The notes under the pieces: generated by a model
Told to the model about the DNA's origin: nothing
Databases searched by the model: none
What the model saw: the letters and a program-made list of their open reading frames with translations, nothing else
In this document: piece by piece, positions 29,376 through 40,450 of the stretch
Numbering within the stretch: position 1 is the stretch's first letter
Layout: every line of letters begins with the position of its first letter
Origin: a virus
Taxonomy: Duplodnaviria > Caudoviricetes
Direction: 5' to 3' (one strand)
Length of the DNA: 64,000 nucleotides
IMG/VR virus record: IMGVR_UViG_3300028833_000074
Span: 64,001-128,000 of that record
Program-made: the position numbers and the translations under genes

Positions 29376-29742
29376 TATATACCTTCAAAATATAACTATA
29401 TTGACTTGGTTCTTCGATACTATTATCTTGTAGGATAAAATTATATGTTTCATTAGTTTTAATTTGGTCATATAATATTTTGGCATCACCGCTACCATCA
29501 TCTAAAATACAAAAAGTATCGCCATCTTCTGTCGCAATAAGATAATAATTCGATTCATGACTATGACTATAAATCTTATTAATGACAAGGTCTTGTTCTT
29601 CTCGAATATGTTTATTGGTAAAGGCTTCATCTGTTAACATTATACCAAAATATAAACCTACAAAAATAATGCTAAATATCACACAAAAGCCAATGCAATA
29701 TTTATATTTTGTCAGAAATTGCATTATTTTTTCGTGCTGCAT
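29362..29742 (-). CDS. Membrane-anchored hypothetical protein
   Basis: TM segment 'CIGFCVIFSIIFVGLYFGIML' after MQHEK. Confidence 0.5.
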   Translation of the reverse strand: MQHEKIMQFLTKYKYCIGFCVIFSIIFVGLYFGIMLTDEAFTNKHIREEQDLVINKIYSHSHESNYYLIATEDGDTFCILDDGSGDAKILYDQIKTNETYNFILQDNSIEEPSQYSYILKVYNVTN

Positions 29743-30409
29743 TTTTCTCACGCTCCAATCTTGCTTGTTCACAAGTAGAACATTCACTTTTTTTATCAAA
29801 ATCAAAATTAATAACAAATTTTAATTCTTGTTTTAAATCCGCATCAAGTTGTTGTACACGTTTATTAAACTCTTCTAATACCATGTTCTCTAAATGTGTC
29901 TCTTCGGCGTCCTTAAAAAAGGTTAAATGATATACAACTTCTTCATCACCATTAATATAATAATTATACCTAATATCTTTTAATATTGTAGTAAAATTAT
30001 TTTGAATATCATATAAAATATCCATAATAGGTTGATATTTTTTAGAGAGTTGTAAATAATTAATCTCATTTGATACTAATGATTCAAATAAATCTTGAGT
30101 GTGGAATAGCCATAACACTTCATTGCCATTCCAATATTTAAAACGAAATTTATCATTCCTAATATCAATTGTTAAAGATTGTATATTATCAAATTCATCA
30201 ATATTTTCTGCTCTTATAGAATCATCATACATTAAAACAAGATTAGTTATAAAACCATTTGTATTTAAATAATTTAAAATTTCGGTTATCTTCTTTATTC
30301 TACCTTCACAGCATAAAAAAGCGCAAATACGTAACTCGATAAGAACCATATTAGCATTATACTCTTGAATAAAATACTTATTCATTTTCTTCCTCTGATA
30401 ATATGTCAC
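29702..30409 (-). CDS. Hypothetical protein with C-terminal CxxC
   Basis: 235-aa ORF. Confidence 0.55.
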   Translation of the reverse strand: MTYYQRKKMNKYFIQEYNANMVLIELRICAFLCCEGRIKKITEILNYLNTNGFITNLVLMYDDSIRAENIDEFDNIQSLTIDIRNDKFRFKYWNGNEVLWLFHTQDLFESLVSNEINYLQLSKKYQPIMDILYDIQNNFTTILKDIRYNYYINGDEEVVYHLTFFKDAEETHLENMVLEEFNKRVQQLDADLKQELKFVINFDFDKKSECSTCEQARLEREKNAARKNNAISDKI

Positions 30410-30564
30410 GAGCCATTAATGCACCCGGATATAAAATGCTTATCATATAGTTATTAAAAGATTGTACATACTCTTGTTGCATATTTGGATTTAATATTTT
30501 AGAATGGTTTATCATTTTACACGCTCCATATTGTATATATGTATATATAATTTCATTATACTAT

Positions 30565-30975
30565 TTATATGTTACCATTCCCATGATATAAATTTGTTTT
30601 TCTAAAATATTTTAAGGGATGAAGCAAATGTAATGGAACATCATAAACTTCATGCAAAAAAATATAATATGTTTTGCGTTTCCATTTAGGATATATTACC
30701 TTCCATTCTTCTACTTGATTGTAATAAAATCGCTTACGTCTTAAACTTTGCTTATGCAATTCTTGGCTTTGCAATGTTAAAAGTCGTTTGATTTCTAAAC
30801 GTAACGAATTCATCTCTCGATATTCTTGTATAGATAAAGGATATTTTAAATTGTAATATCGTGATTTAAAATGTAATATTTTCCGATTAATTTCTTTTTC
30901 TCGTTCATAAAATATTTGATTACGACGTGGTCCTCTTTTTTTACCATGATTACCTTTCTTATATCTTTTACCCAT
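30565..30975 (-). CDS. Highly basic hypothetical protein
   Basis: K/R-rich, 136 aa. Confidence 0.55.
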   Translation of the reverse strand: MGKRYKKGNHGKKRGPRRNQIFYEREKEINRKILHFKSRYYNLKYPLSIQEYREMNSLRLEIKRLLTLQSQELHKQSLRRKRFYYNQVEEWKVIYPKWKRKTYYIFLHEVYDVPLHLLHPLKYFRKTNLYHGNGNI

Positions 30976-31700
30976 TTTTAGACATCTCTTTATCTAATTC
31001 ACGATTGCTTTTTTGCATACAAGATTTAAATCTCTTGCAATCACCGGCTTCGCATTCGATAATAGGGATATCTTTATCTCTTTTTAAGCAAAAACATATA
31101 TTATTCTTTAATTTTTCAAGTGTATTCTTTTTTACCATTTTGTCACCCCATATTTTTGAATTTTAATAATTGCATTATACATATAATCAATATTACGTTG
31201 ATTAGTAAAAACTGTAAAAGAATCTTGATTAATCTGAACATCTTCTTTTCTTACGCCACCTTGACCAATATCAATCTCTTCACCATCCATCATATAAACT
31301 GTGATGAGTGGGTATTTAGATAATAAGCCGGAGAAATAAGAAGACATACTACTTTCGTTAATAAGTGATAATAAGTCTTCTTCAGACATCGCTATCATCC
31401 ACCCATGTATAATAAAATGCCACATGAAATCTGCTGTCTAATCCATATTTATATAATTTATACAATTGCTCATTGGGTACTTTATCATATACATACTTTG
31501 GATGACTATCAAAATGCATGATATTATAATAATCTCTATATTGATACTCGGTCTCTTGAGAAATTTCTTTTAAAATTTCAAATTCATCATCACTTATATG
31601 AATTTCTCTATCGCATAATTCAATATTATGTCTTGACATTTTACTTAAATGATTAATCTGTATTTGATGATTTAAAATTAACTTTAGTATATACATAAAA

Positions 31701-32279
31701 TCACCCAAATATCACATCTTTAATAATCTGATTAAACTGTTCCATTGTAATATTATCATTGAAATGCATCTGTGATAAATGATGCACCATTGCAACAGTT
31801 CTATATAAGTCACCATCATTATTGATATGGATATCAATTTCAGATTCCGGTGGTAACATAATAAGACGTGCTAATCGCTCAATATACTCATCTGTATCAT
31901 ATAATGTTCTTGAAATTAATACTGTACAAGTAGATACATCATCATCAATATCACAAGTCAATTTAATAAAATTCTTGACATCCAACACACCTAATTCATC
32001 AACAATATAAATATTAATTTTATCATCTACAAACTGTTCTGGTGTTGTAAAATAAAAATTGCCATCAATAAGTGTGCGAGCGACCAAACCTTGTTGATGC
32101 ATTTTATCCCACATTTTTTCTTCTGTGACAAAAATATGTCCATATTCATCTTCGGACCTTTTTGGTCTTGTTGTGTAAGACATAATTGGGTGATAAAGAT
32201 AAGGATATGTCTGACATAATTTTTTCATGATTGTGGTTTTTCCAGTCATAGATTCTCCACATAATAATAAAATCTTCAT
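31701..32279 (-). CDS. Guanylate kinase-like nucleoside monophosphate kinase
   Basis: P-loop 'GESMTGKTT', 'SYTTRPKR..E', 'HIFVT', 'GNFY'. Confidence 0.85.
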   Translation of the reverse strand: MKILLLCGESMTGKTTIMKKLCQTYPYLYHPIMSYTTRPKRSEDEYGHIFVTEEKMWDKMHQQGLVARTLIDGNFYFTTPEQFVDDKINIYIVDELGVLDVKNFIKLTCDIDDDVSTCTVLISRTLYDTDEYIERLARLIMLPPESEIDIHINNDGDLYRTVAMVHHLSQMHFNDNITMEQFNQIIKDVIFG

Positions 32280-32388
32280 ATTATTACCTCATCATACATT
32301 CAAGTTTATATAAAATCGCAAGCAATAAAAAACCTACGAATATCAATAAGAAAAAACCTTGATACATCATTTTTGTTTTCAATCTCCA

Positions 32389-32796
32389 TTATAATATAAT
32401 TTCACCATTTAAATATTTTTCACGCAATTCTTCTGGCCACCAGATATCATAACTATTTACCATATCATCTTGCTCATAATAACATGTATATGCAATATCT
32501 GCATCAGCATCATATAAGCAAGGTGTTGCCCAGATAGATACAATACAAAAATCATATGGAAAATTATCATAAATTTCACATATTTCACCATCTTGTAACA
32601 TTTGTGCTTTAGTATAAAACCAATCTTCAGCCAAGCCAACCCATGCATTTTTAATATTATGTCTACGACATAATTTAATAGCATATTTAAAATCAAAAAC
32701 CTTAAAAGGCTTACCTAATTGATAAAAAACTTGCGCAGTAAATAAAGAAATATCTTGTGGTGTAACTCGTGTTAAATCAATCTTCCTTCCTTTCAT
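32389..32796 (-). CDS. Hypothetical protein, paralogue of 32777-33226
   Basis: Shares 'KPFKV', 'VGLAEDW', 'S.WATPCLYD.DA.IAY.CYYE', 'WWP'. Confidence 0.65.
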   Translation of the reverse strand: MKGRKIDLTRVTPQDISLFTAQVFYQLGKPFKVFDFKYAIKLCRRHNIKNAWVGLAEDWFYTKAQMLQDGEICEIYDNFPYDFCIVSIWATPCLYDADADIAYTCYYEQDDMVNSYDIWWPEELREKYLNGEIIL

Positions 32797-33226
32797 ATAG
32801 ATAACGCTCCTTTGTGTCATTTGGCCACCATGCTTTTGCATGTTTATCCCAGTCAAAGTTGTAAGTTTCATAATAACATTCATATGCAATCTCTGCATCT
32901 TCATCGTACAAACAAGGTGTTGCCCATCGAGATGCTAAACAATAACCATATGGTACATTTACACCATAGTCATATGGTATACCATAGTCAAGCAAAGCGC
33001 TACATGTAGGCATCCAATCTTCAGCCAAACCTACAGAAGCATTTATAATATCATGTTCGATGCATAAATCCACAACTTGTTCCCAATATAAAACTTTAAA
33101 GGGTTTATCATTATAGGTACTAATCATATTTTGTAATTCACCTTCAAAAGGATTAGCCTCATATGTTAACTGTATTATTTTATCCATCATTATCACCCCA
33201 TTTCCAACCATATAAAAATACATCAT
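32777..33226 (-). CDS. Hypothetical protein, paralogue of 32389-32796
   Basis: Same shared motifs. Confidence 0.65.
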   Translation of the reverse strand: MMYFYMVGNGVIMMDKIIQLTYEANPFEGELQNMISTYNDKPFKVLYWEQVVDLCIEHDIINASVGLAEDWMPTCSALLDYGIPYDYGVNVPYGYCLASRWATPCLYDEDAEIAYECYYETYNFDWDKHAKAWWPNDTKERYLYERKED

Positions 33227-34586
33227 TAAGTGTGGTATGATACTGATATTGTAAATTTAATTCAAGAGAAATAGTATCTTTTTCATCTTTGGTAAACTCT
33301 TTATCAGAACAAAACTCAATAACACCATGACCCTTATATTCAACATATTGAATATTCGCATGCATTTTCTTATCAAACCAATAAATGATAAAAGTTTTTG
33401 ATTGAATAAATAAATCCTTGAGATATTCTTCTTCGATGATATAACGTTTTAATAGATATTTTGTATAATTCCCCATCAATTTATCAGACATTATTCTTCA
33501 CCTTGATTGACAAATATCAAATTACAATAGATACTACTAATATTACGAATTGGTACAGTATAATTAGTTTTTGATACATCATCAGAATATGTTATCGATA
33601 TAGATTCTGGATGTTTGCCATCCATATCAATAATGCGCATATCATCAAAACTTTGTGAATCTAAAAAAAACATACTATTGTGTAAACCTAATTCAATTTC
33701 AAAATCACAACAATTTTTAGCAGAATTAATTACTTGTATTAAATTTTCAATATCCTTTCTTGTTACACTATGAATATCATTTCTACTAATATCTATATTA
33801 TTAAAATTTTCTTTCATTCCAGAAAAATATTTTCTAAAATTTTCCAACACTATCTCATCTCCTTTGTAATTGTATTTAAATAATAAACAACGACATCTTT
33901 CATCTCTTCTTTTATTAAAGGTAAATCAACATTTTTATCTTTAATGAAATCATTATAAAAATCAAAAGATTCTTCAATTTCATGAAAGATGTCTTCAGTT
34001 GTTATTGGCGCATCAATAATGTCAGATAACATTTTTGATATATTTTGCACCAATAAAATTCCAATATCATTTTCATCTTTATTATATTGCTTAATGGTAT
34101 TAAGTATCAATACCATTCGCTGTTGGTCAGTTAATATCATATTATTCTTTTGCCAAACGATATTTTGTTCTGCCATCTTTTGTCTTGTTAGTTAAGAACA
34201 AAGAACTGCCGGCAAGCAAGGAAGAAACCTTTTGCTTACTTGGTGCGCCACCGACAAAACTAAAAGGTCCTTTTCTTAAATATCCAACGATATTTTCAAT
34301 ATCGGCTTCTGTAAAAAAATATAAATATGATTCAACATAACATTTAATTCTATCATTTTCGCTACTCACCATAATATCTTATCCCCTTACAATAATTTCA
34401 TTATTGTTTAATCTTGTGCATATTTGTTCCATTTCTTCTTGCACTAAAGATTTTGTATCAGCATTAAATTTCATCTCAACAATGTCTTTGTGTTTAACCA
34501 TATCAGTAATCAACATGCGTTGACCACGAATAACAATTTGGTATCTTGCACTATCATTAAGAAAATCATCTATCATCGCTTCAACA

Positions 34587-35057
34587 TTAATTTTGCATTT
34601 CTTCATCTGTATCACCTTGTGAATTATCTTCTGATATAAAAGTTACTATTTGTATATTTATCTTATTATTAACATCAATACCATCAATAATATTATCATT
34701 AATTAATATATTATAATGACCAAAAAGAATATTATCAAATTTAGCCAAACCACGTTCATCGGTTGTTTGTGTTTGCGTAAATGATTCATTTTGAATAACA
34801 ACATCGATATTAGGTAATAATGTATGCATTCCATTATCAACACCAATGAAAACAACACCTATATTATTATCATAAGTCGCTTCATTTAAATTATCATCAG
34901 ATTCAGTATTTTCAATTTCTTCGCAGATAATATATTCATTAATATCTCTATGTGATAACCACTCTAAAAATTCTGGAATAGTAAAATCATGAATTGTTAA
35001 ATCCTTTCCATGTATATTTCCAGATTCACATGCGTTTTTTTTACAACATCTTTTCAT
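34587..35057 (-). CDS. Protein with a prealbumin/Cna-B-like domain
   Basis: 'QTTDERGLAKFDNILFGHYNI' motif. Confidence 0.55.
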   Translation of the reverse strand: MKRCCKKNACESGNIHGKDLTIHDFTIPEFLEWLSHRDINEYIICEEIENTESDDNLNEATYDNNIGVVFIGVDNGMHTLLPNIDVVIQNESFTQTQTTDERGLAKFDNILFGHYNILINDNIIDGIDVNNKINIQIVTFISEDNSQGDTDEEMQN

Positions 35058-35345
35058 TAAATTTCCTCCATATCTAAAATTATATAAAATATTACTTCTT
35101 TTCTATCATGATGCATTTGTATCTTAAAGGTTTTGATATTACAACATCCAATATATTTGTAAATATCATTAACATCAAAAACCCTATGCATTTTTTTACG
35201 ACAGAAAACAATCTTAAAACCACCATTGAAATATTCAATTTTAAAATCTCTTCCAACGTGGTAACCTTGCTCCATTAGAGCATATTCAATCGAATCAAAA
35301 CCTTCTTTGATATTCAATAATTTCACCTCCATCAAGGTATAATAT

Positions 35346-35378
35346 TATATATGACTCGATGTCATATATAAATGTTTC
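35346..35378 (-). promoter_or_regulatory. TATA promoter overlapping a 10-bp inverted repeat (possible operator)
   Basis: tatatatgac-tcgat-gtcatatata; the - strand reads GAAACATTTATATATGA. Confidence 0.55.
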
Positions 35379-35380
35379 TA

Positions 35381-37318
35381 TTATTTTTTGCGCTTGCCCC
35401 ATTGAGTAGGGTCTACAACAAAAGTCTTTTCCCAATCTTCTCCATATGTATCAATCCATTCTTGCATTGTTAAACCCTTGTGAAAGGCAGCAAATTCACC
35501 ATGCTGGTATGCTGTATCAAAATAATGCTGTAAATATGCTAAATTCCTTGCATCAAGTTGAATATTGCGTGGTTTTGAAAATGGTCCACTACGTCTATTA
35601 CCACCAAATGCTTGAATATCTCGCACTTCATCATCAGTTAAAGTATGCTGACCCATTGATGATAGAGCCAATAATTTTGCAACTCGCACCATAGGTTCAG
35701 ATTTCGCAAAAAAATCTTCTTTAGTTGGTAATTCACCATCAATAAATTTACCTTCCTCCCAATTGTAAAATTTACTATCTGGTCTATCTCCCATTACATT
35801 TTTTTTCTGTTTATTGGCTAAACCAACCATTGCTGGCCAATTATTTCCAATATAATGCTCTGGGTTAGCACCACGTAAAGTAACCGGACCATCTTCTTTG
35901 TCTGGTATCCAAACATCATTTTTTGGTCCATGAATAGCATTACGCATTATATTACGTGTTTTATCATCATTCTGACGTACTTGTTCTTCGATAATAGCAC
36001 CTTGCAAATCTGGAGCATAACATAAGGCTACTCCATATTGTGCCTCACATAATTCACAATTTGATGAACAATGATAAATAGGGAATAACTTATATTTGCC
36101 ATCGCCTAATAATTCATTTTCCATATATAAATCATCATCTTCCGCCTCTATATATTCACCTTTAGCATCTTGCGCCACACCAAAAACCATATCATATTCT
36201 TCAAGATATTTTACATCAATACGCCCATCAATATTATCTTTAGTTGTAAATTGACCTTTAGGTACTGGTCGAAATTCATTAGTGGCCATAAAACTACTAC
36301 CCATAATGGTAAATCCTTGTTCAATATTTCTACGCTCATCTTCATCAAGTTCATTCAATTCATCTAAATATTTCAAATATACATCTGTACGATGTGTATA
36401 AATAGTGCTATAAATACGTTTAATGTTATTTTCCTCTTGTCTTTTGGTCCAATATTTTTGTATACGTTCACCTTTACTATTTGTAATGATTCCTTCAAAT
36501 AATTTACCAGCACTACGTGCAATCCATAACAATTCTTTACCACTTGCTACATCACCGGCTTCATTCCATCTAACAAAACGAACAGTATTAGAATTACCCG
36601 GTCCAGTTCGTTGCTTATTTAATAAAGCATTAGCAAAATCTTGTGGGTCAAACTCATGTATCATCTTACGTACCATAGCACTATTTTTGCGTTTACCATT
36701 CTCAACATTACCAATACCGGCAAAAACACCATACTGTATTCTTGTACGAATTTCGTCACCTAATGCATAACAATGTTCACAAAATTCACACATTGAACGA
36801 ACTTTACCATCTGCACCTTGTATCAAAGTGTTTCTTGATACACAATCAACTGCTGGTGATGTATTTATAATCATAATAGATGTGCTAATTGGCTTATTAT
36901 TACCACGTTTTGCGTCAAATACAATACTCTTACCCTTCTCTTTTAATTTTTTTACCTTTAAGGTAAAAGCGCTACCATAAGTACCGCCAATTAACCTTCC
37001 AAATAATCTGGCACGAAATGATTTAGCCGGTCCTTTATCCTTTATTTTAGAATAATATTGCAAATCGGGAACTTTTTGCAATGGAATCACAGCATCGTCG
37101 TCAAGACCTAATGCTTGATGAATGGTTTTATTATATGTAGGCTGCATCTTTGTTTTCTTCTTATCTCGCACATGTGTAACATATACTTTAAGTAATGTAC
37201 GATTTGTAGGATTTAAAGAACCCTCTTCAATTAATTCTTCTGACACATCGTACTGACGTGCTAATTTTTTAATCTCACCCCAACTTATACCTTCAATAAT
37301 ATCGCTATCTTCCACCAT
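35381..37318 (-). CDS. gp88-like (radical-SAM-related Fe-S) phage protein with extensions
   Basis: 'CEFCEHCYA', 'VRWNEAGD', 'YTHR' and 'HCSSNCELC...CY' resemble the mycobacteriophage gp88 family pattern. Confidence 0.55.
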   Translation of the reverse strand: MVEDSDIIEGISWGEIKKLARQYDVSEELIEEGSLNPTNRTLLKVYVTHVRDKKKTKMQPTYNKTIHQALGLDDDAVIPLQKVPDLQYYSKIKDKGPAKSFRARLFGRLIGGTYGSAFTLKVKKLKEKGKSIVFDAKRGNNKPISTSIMIINTSPAVDCVSRNTLIQGADGKVRSMCEFCEHCYALGDEIRTRIQYGVFAGIGNVENGKRKNSAMVRKMIHEFDPQDFANALLNKQRTGPGNSNTVRFVRWNEAGDVASGKELLWIARSAGKLFEGIITNSKGERIQKYWTKRQEENNIKRIYSTIYTHRTDVYLKYLDELNELDEDERRNIEQGFTIMGSSFMATNEFRPVPKGQFTTKDNIDGRIDVKYLEEYDMVFGVAQDAKGEYIEAEDDDLYMENELLGDGKYKLFPIYHCSSNCELCEAQYGVALCYAPDLQGAIIEEQVRQNDDKTRNIMRNAIHGPKNDVWIPDKEDGPVTLRGANPEHYIGNNWPAMVGLANKQKKNVMGDRPDSKFYNWEEGKFIDGELPTKEDFFAKSEPMVRVAKLLALSSMGQHTLTDDEVRDIQAFGGNRRSGPFSKPRNIQLDARNLAYLQHYFDTAYQHGEFAAFHKGLTMQEWIDTYGEDWEKTFVVDPTQWGKRKK

Positions 37319-37334
37319 TTTAAAAACCTTCTCA

Positions 37335-37616
37335 TTATCTATTATTATTCTCTTGTATTAAATACATATATTGTGGATGATTATAACACCAATTCTTTAA
37401 CTCTAAAATACGTTGTTCCATATCATCAAAACGATTCTGATGTATCTTGCGCATCACTTGTTGATATGTTAATGGCTTCTTGCTTTCTAAATTACGCAAA
37501 TATTTAACTGTATCAAACGCTGGTATACGCAATAAAGATGGCACATACTCTTCTAACAATTCAAGTTCGGATACAATTTTTTGAATTTCTGCAAAATTAT
37601 AATAAAAATCAGACAT
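37335..37616 (-). CDS. Small ART-partner protein (paralogue 3)
   Basis: Shares EL..(I/L).(D/E)Y(I/V)P.L and EL..W....P.Y with 40184-40450 and 41665-41934. Confidence 0.75.
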   Translation of the reverse strand: MSDFYYNFAEIQKIVSELELLEEYVPSLLRIPAFDTVKYLRNLESKKPLTYQQVMRKIHQNRFDDMEQRILELKNWCYNHPQYMYLIQENNNR

Positions 37617-37624
37617 TTTTTCAC

Positions 37625-38974
37625 CTAATTTATCAACATAATTTCAACTTGTTTTATATCATGGTTTACACCAATTACTTGATATTTTTGCCCTTTGCCT
37701 AATATAAGTTCATGTAAATCTGTTAATCTTGCATCTGGTACAGCATTCTTATCAACAGATGCAATATGAGAGCCTTTAGGAGCATAAATAGTAATTAAAT
37801 ATTCATCACGTCCATCTTCATGTGCAAATTCAAGCGCAACACTTTTATCAAATGATGCAGATGTAATATATTTAAATTCACCGACATCACCAACTTCAGC
37901 ATTTTCATCAAATCTACCGCCCCTATAAAATATCGTATCATTTTCTACACCCGGCAACATACTAATCATCTCATTTAAACTCTCACTATATTCTTCAATA
38001 CTTTTAAAATATTCTGGGTCATCTCCATATTTGCGTATAAATTTTTCTTTAGATTCCTCATCTCCATATACATATTTGCCATAATAATCACCTACAGTAT
38101 AAGTCATATCTAATACATATTTAGAAAGATTTTTATAATAATCATACCATTCATCCTTAAGATTAAAAATACCTTGTGTATCCCATTCAAATACTTTACT
38201 TAAATGCACATTATTTGCATAAGCATTGACTTGATTAATAATTAATGAACGTTCTTGGTCTCCCCATTGAGTATGTGAGCGTCTGTCATTAATTAATACT
38301 TCTTCATAATCCGAACGATAATTTCTCAAGTCAATAATTTCACCATTAACTTCACGCATCCACATACTGCCATCTTGCATACTTTCCAATCTACGTATAT
38401 GTTCATCTAAAAACTCTAAATAATCCTCTAAATTTTTAATACCTTTCAAATAATTATTCTGGCGACTCACCATATCCGCAAATTTTGTATCTAATCCATC
38501 TTCAACTTGTGGTAACATTGCTTTAACTTGCCTATAGGAATACATCATCATATTACCATATGTTGATGGACCAAATTCATCAGCAATTTCCTTAAATCTT
38601 TCTCGAGTTAATGGCATACGCAAATAATCCTCTGGATACTTATTTTTTAATGATTCTAATCTTTCTTGAGCATATTTCTTAAATAATTCATCCCCCAATT
38701 CTTGCGCTGACTGATTAGTGTTTGTAGCAAACTCTTCATAAAAATCATCTTCAAGACCGGCTTCCATTAAGCCAACTCGAAAATCAAATTCTTTACTACC
38801 AAGTTGCTTTTGAACAATAGGAATCAATGCCATCTTTTCATCAAAAGTTAATTTTTTACGTTTTCTAACTGTATGATTTTTAATGGTCACTTCACCACTA
38901 AAATTATCTAATGTTGATTGACCTTGCACTCGTTTAGTGATACGTCTATTTTTACCTTGTCTTCTACGTGCCAT
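37625..38974 (-). CDS. ADP-ribosyltransferase, VIP2/Alt-like C-terminal domain (paralogue 4)
   Basis: 'FYRGG', 'ITSASFDKSVA..F', 'APKG', 'LHELIL' give an R-S-E fold; basic N-terminus. Confidence 0.85.
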   Translation of the reverse strand: MARRRQGKNRRITKRVQGQSTLDNFSGEVTIKNHTVRKRKKLTFDEKMALIPIVQKQLGSKEFDFRVGLMEAGLEDDFYEEFATNTNQSAQELGDELFKKYAQERLESLKNKYPEDYLRMPLTRERFKEIADEFGPSTYGNMMMYSYRQVKAMLPQVEDGLDTKFADMVSRQNNYLKGIKNLEDYLEFLDEHIRRLESMQDGSMWMREVNGEIIDLRNYRSDYEEVLINDRRSHTQWGDQERSLIINQVNAYANNVHLSKVFEWDTQGIFNLKDEWYDYYKNLSKYVLDMTYTVGDYYGKYVYGDEESKEKFIRKYGDDPEYFKSIEEYSESLNEMISMLPGVENDTIFYRGGRFDENAEVGDVGEFKYITSASFDKSVALEFAHEDGRDEYLITIYAPKGSHIASVDKNAVPDARLTDLHELILGKGQKYQVIGVNHDIKQVEIMLIN

Positions 38975-38984
38975 ACTATCTTTA

Positions 38985-40190
38985 CTATCTGTTTTGCCAT
39001 TTTCGCTTCATATCATCATCAATCAATAACACAAGGGCCTCACGATTAACTGTGTCAACTGATAATACAATAAATTCTTGATTCAAACTATGAATAAACT
39101 CACTACGACCAGTACTCGTATGAAACCACATTCCTAAATAACGCTGAATTCCAGCAGAAATACCTTTAGTACCTTTAGGAGCCAATATAGTTATCCTATA
39201 ACGTTCACTTTTTTCACTATCAAGACGTTGATAACTTTTATAAATATCTTCTGAATCATAAGAACTAAAAGCAAAACCAGCAAAATTAGATATATCACCG
39301 GCTTTTAATTCTTGATGATTAAATAAACTACCAAATCGAATAAGAACTGTATCAACTTCTAAACCGGGAGTTTTATCAATAATACCTTGAACAGCATTAG
39401 TCACACTCGTAATGTAATCAATATCCCAATCCGATGATACCCCATCACCTTCAAATATCTCCGCCCAATATTGAGCGATGCTACGCCAATTACCTCGCTG
39501 AAACTCTGTTAAAGTCTCATGAATATATTCCAAACGACTATCTGTATCATACTGAACATTTTGCATAAAAGCCGGTAACATTTTACGCACATGAGTGGCT
39601 TGAACTTCACCAATTATATCCGCTCCTATATCTTGATAAAAAGCATTAATATTTATTCCTAATACATCGGCAATTTCATTAGATATTGATTGAAGATTTC
39701 CATCTTGTTGCCAATGTAATGATGTATTATATACAGAAGCAGTATTCGGTACTTCCGGTAAAAATATTCGACCGGAAAACATAGGATTATCTTCATAATT
39801 ATCCGGTGAAAGAGTTGGGTCCCATGCTATTGCATCTTCATATTCCATAACTTTTGGACCAAATTCTTTTTGCAATTCTGTCAAAGGATGTATATTTATT
39901 GCTTGAACATAACGTTTTAAGTCCATTTCATCTGCCAAATATTTTTTCCAATCCCACCAATCACCTTCATATTCTTCCATTTCTCTACGATAATCTATGA
40001 TTTCATTATGCAAATCTTCAACATCTACAGACTCTCTCCAACGTAACCTTTTATTAACAGTAATAGTTTGACGATTACCATTACGTATTTTAATATCCTT
40101 ATTTACTTTTGGCGCTTGTCGATTTTTATATTTTCTTTTCATCAATTCAAGTCTTGCACGCCTTTTACGCTCTTCGTATGAATCTACCAT
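38985..40190 (-). CDS. ADP-ribosyltransferase-like protein (paralogue 3, divergent motifs)
   Basis: 'LIRFG', 'AFSSYD', 'ILAPKGTKG', 'RSEFI'. Confidence 0.7.
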   Translation of the reverse strand: MVDSYEERKRRARLELMKRKYKNRQAPKVNKDIKIRNGNRQTITVNKRLRWRESVDVEDLHNEIIDYRREMEEYEGDWWDWKKYLADEMDLKRYVQAINIHPLTELQKEFGPKVMEYEDAIAWDPTLSPDNYEDNPMFSGRIFLPEVPNTASVYNTSLHWQQDGNLQSISNEIADVLGININAFYQDIGADIIGEVQATHVRKMLPAFMQNVQYDTDSRLEYIHETLTEFQRGNWRSIAQYWAEIFEGDGVSSDWDIDYITSVTNAVQGIIDKTPGLEVDTVLIRFGSLFNHQELKAGDISNFAGFAFSSYDSEDIYKSYQRLDSEKSERYRITILAPKGTKGISAGIQRYLGMWFHTSTGRSEFIHSLNQEFIVLSVDTVNREALVLLIDDDMKRKWQNR

Positions 40191-40450
40191 ATCAACACGT
40201 CTTTATATTGTGGATAATTATCGAGCCACGTGATAAGTTCTTGCATTTTTTCTTGCTCGCTGAATAATGTGGATTTGCTTAAGCGTCTTCTGATGCTTAC
40301 TTCATCGGTTGCAGAACAAAATTCTTCAATATTGTCAATCCATAGACGATATTCAAACCATTTTGTACGCAATAAAGAAGGAATGTAATCACGAATGTAT
40401 GGCAATTCATCGCTAATAGAACAAATATAACTTTTATTGAGGTTTGGCAT
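40184..40450 (-). CDS. Small ART-partner protein (paralogue 2)
   Basis: GGGGG RBS before ATG 40450; 'DELPYIRDYIPSLLR...ELITWLDNYPQY'. Confidence 0.75.
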   Translation of the reverse strand: MPNLNKSYICSISDELPYIRDYIPSLLRTKWFEYRLWIDNIEEFCSATDEVSIRRRLSKSTLFSEQEKMQELITWLDNYPQYKDVLIW

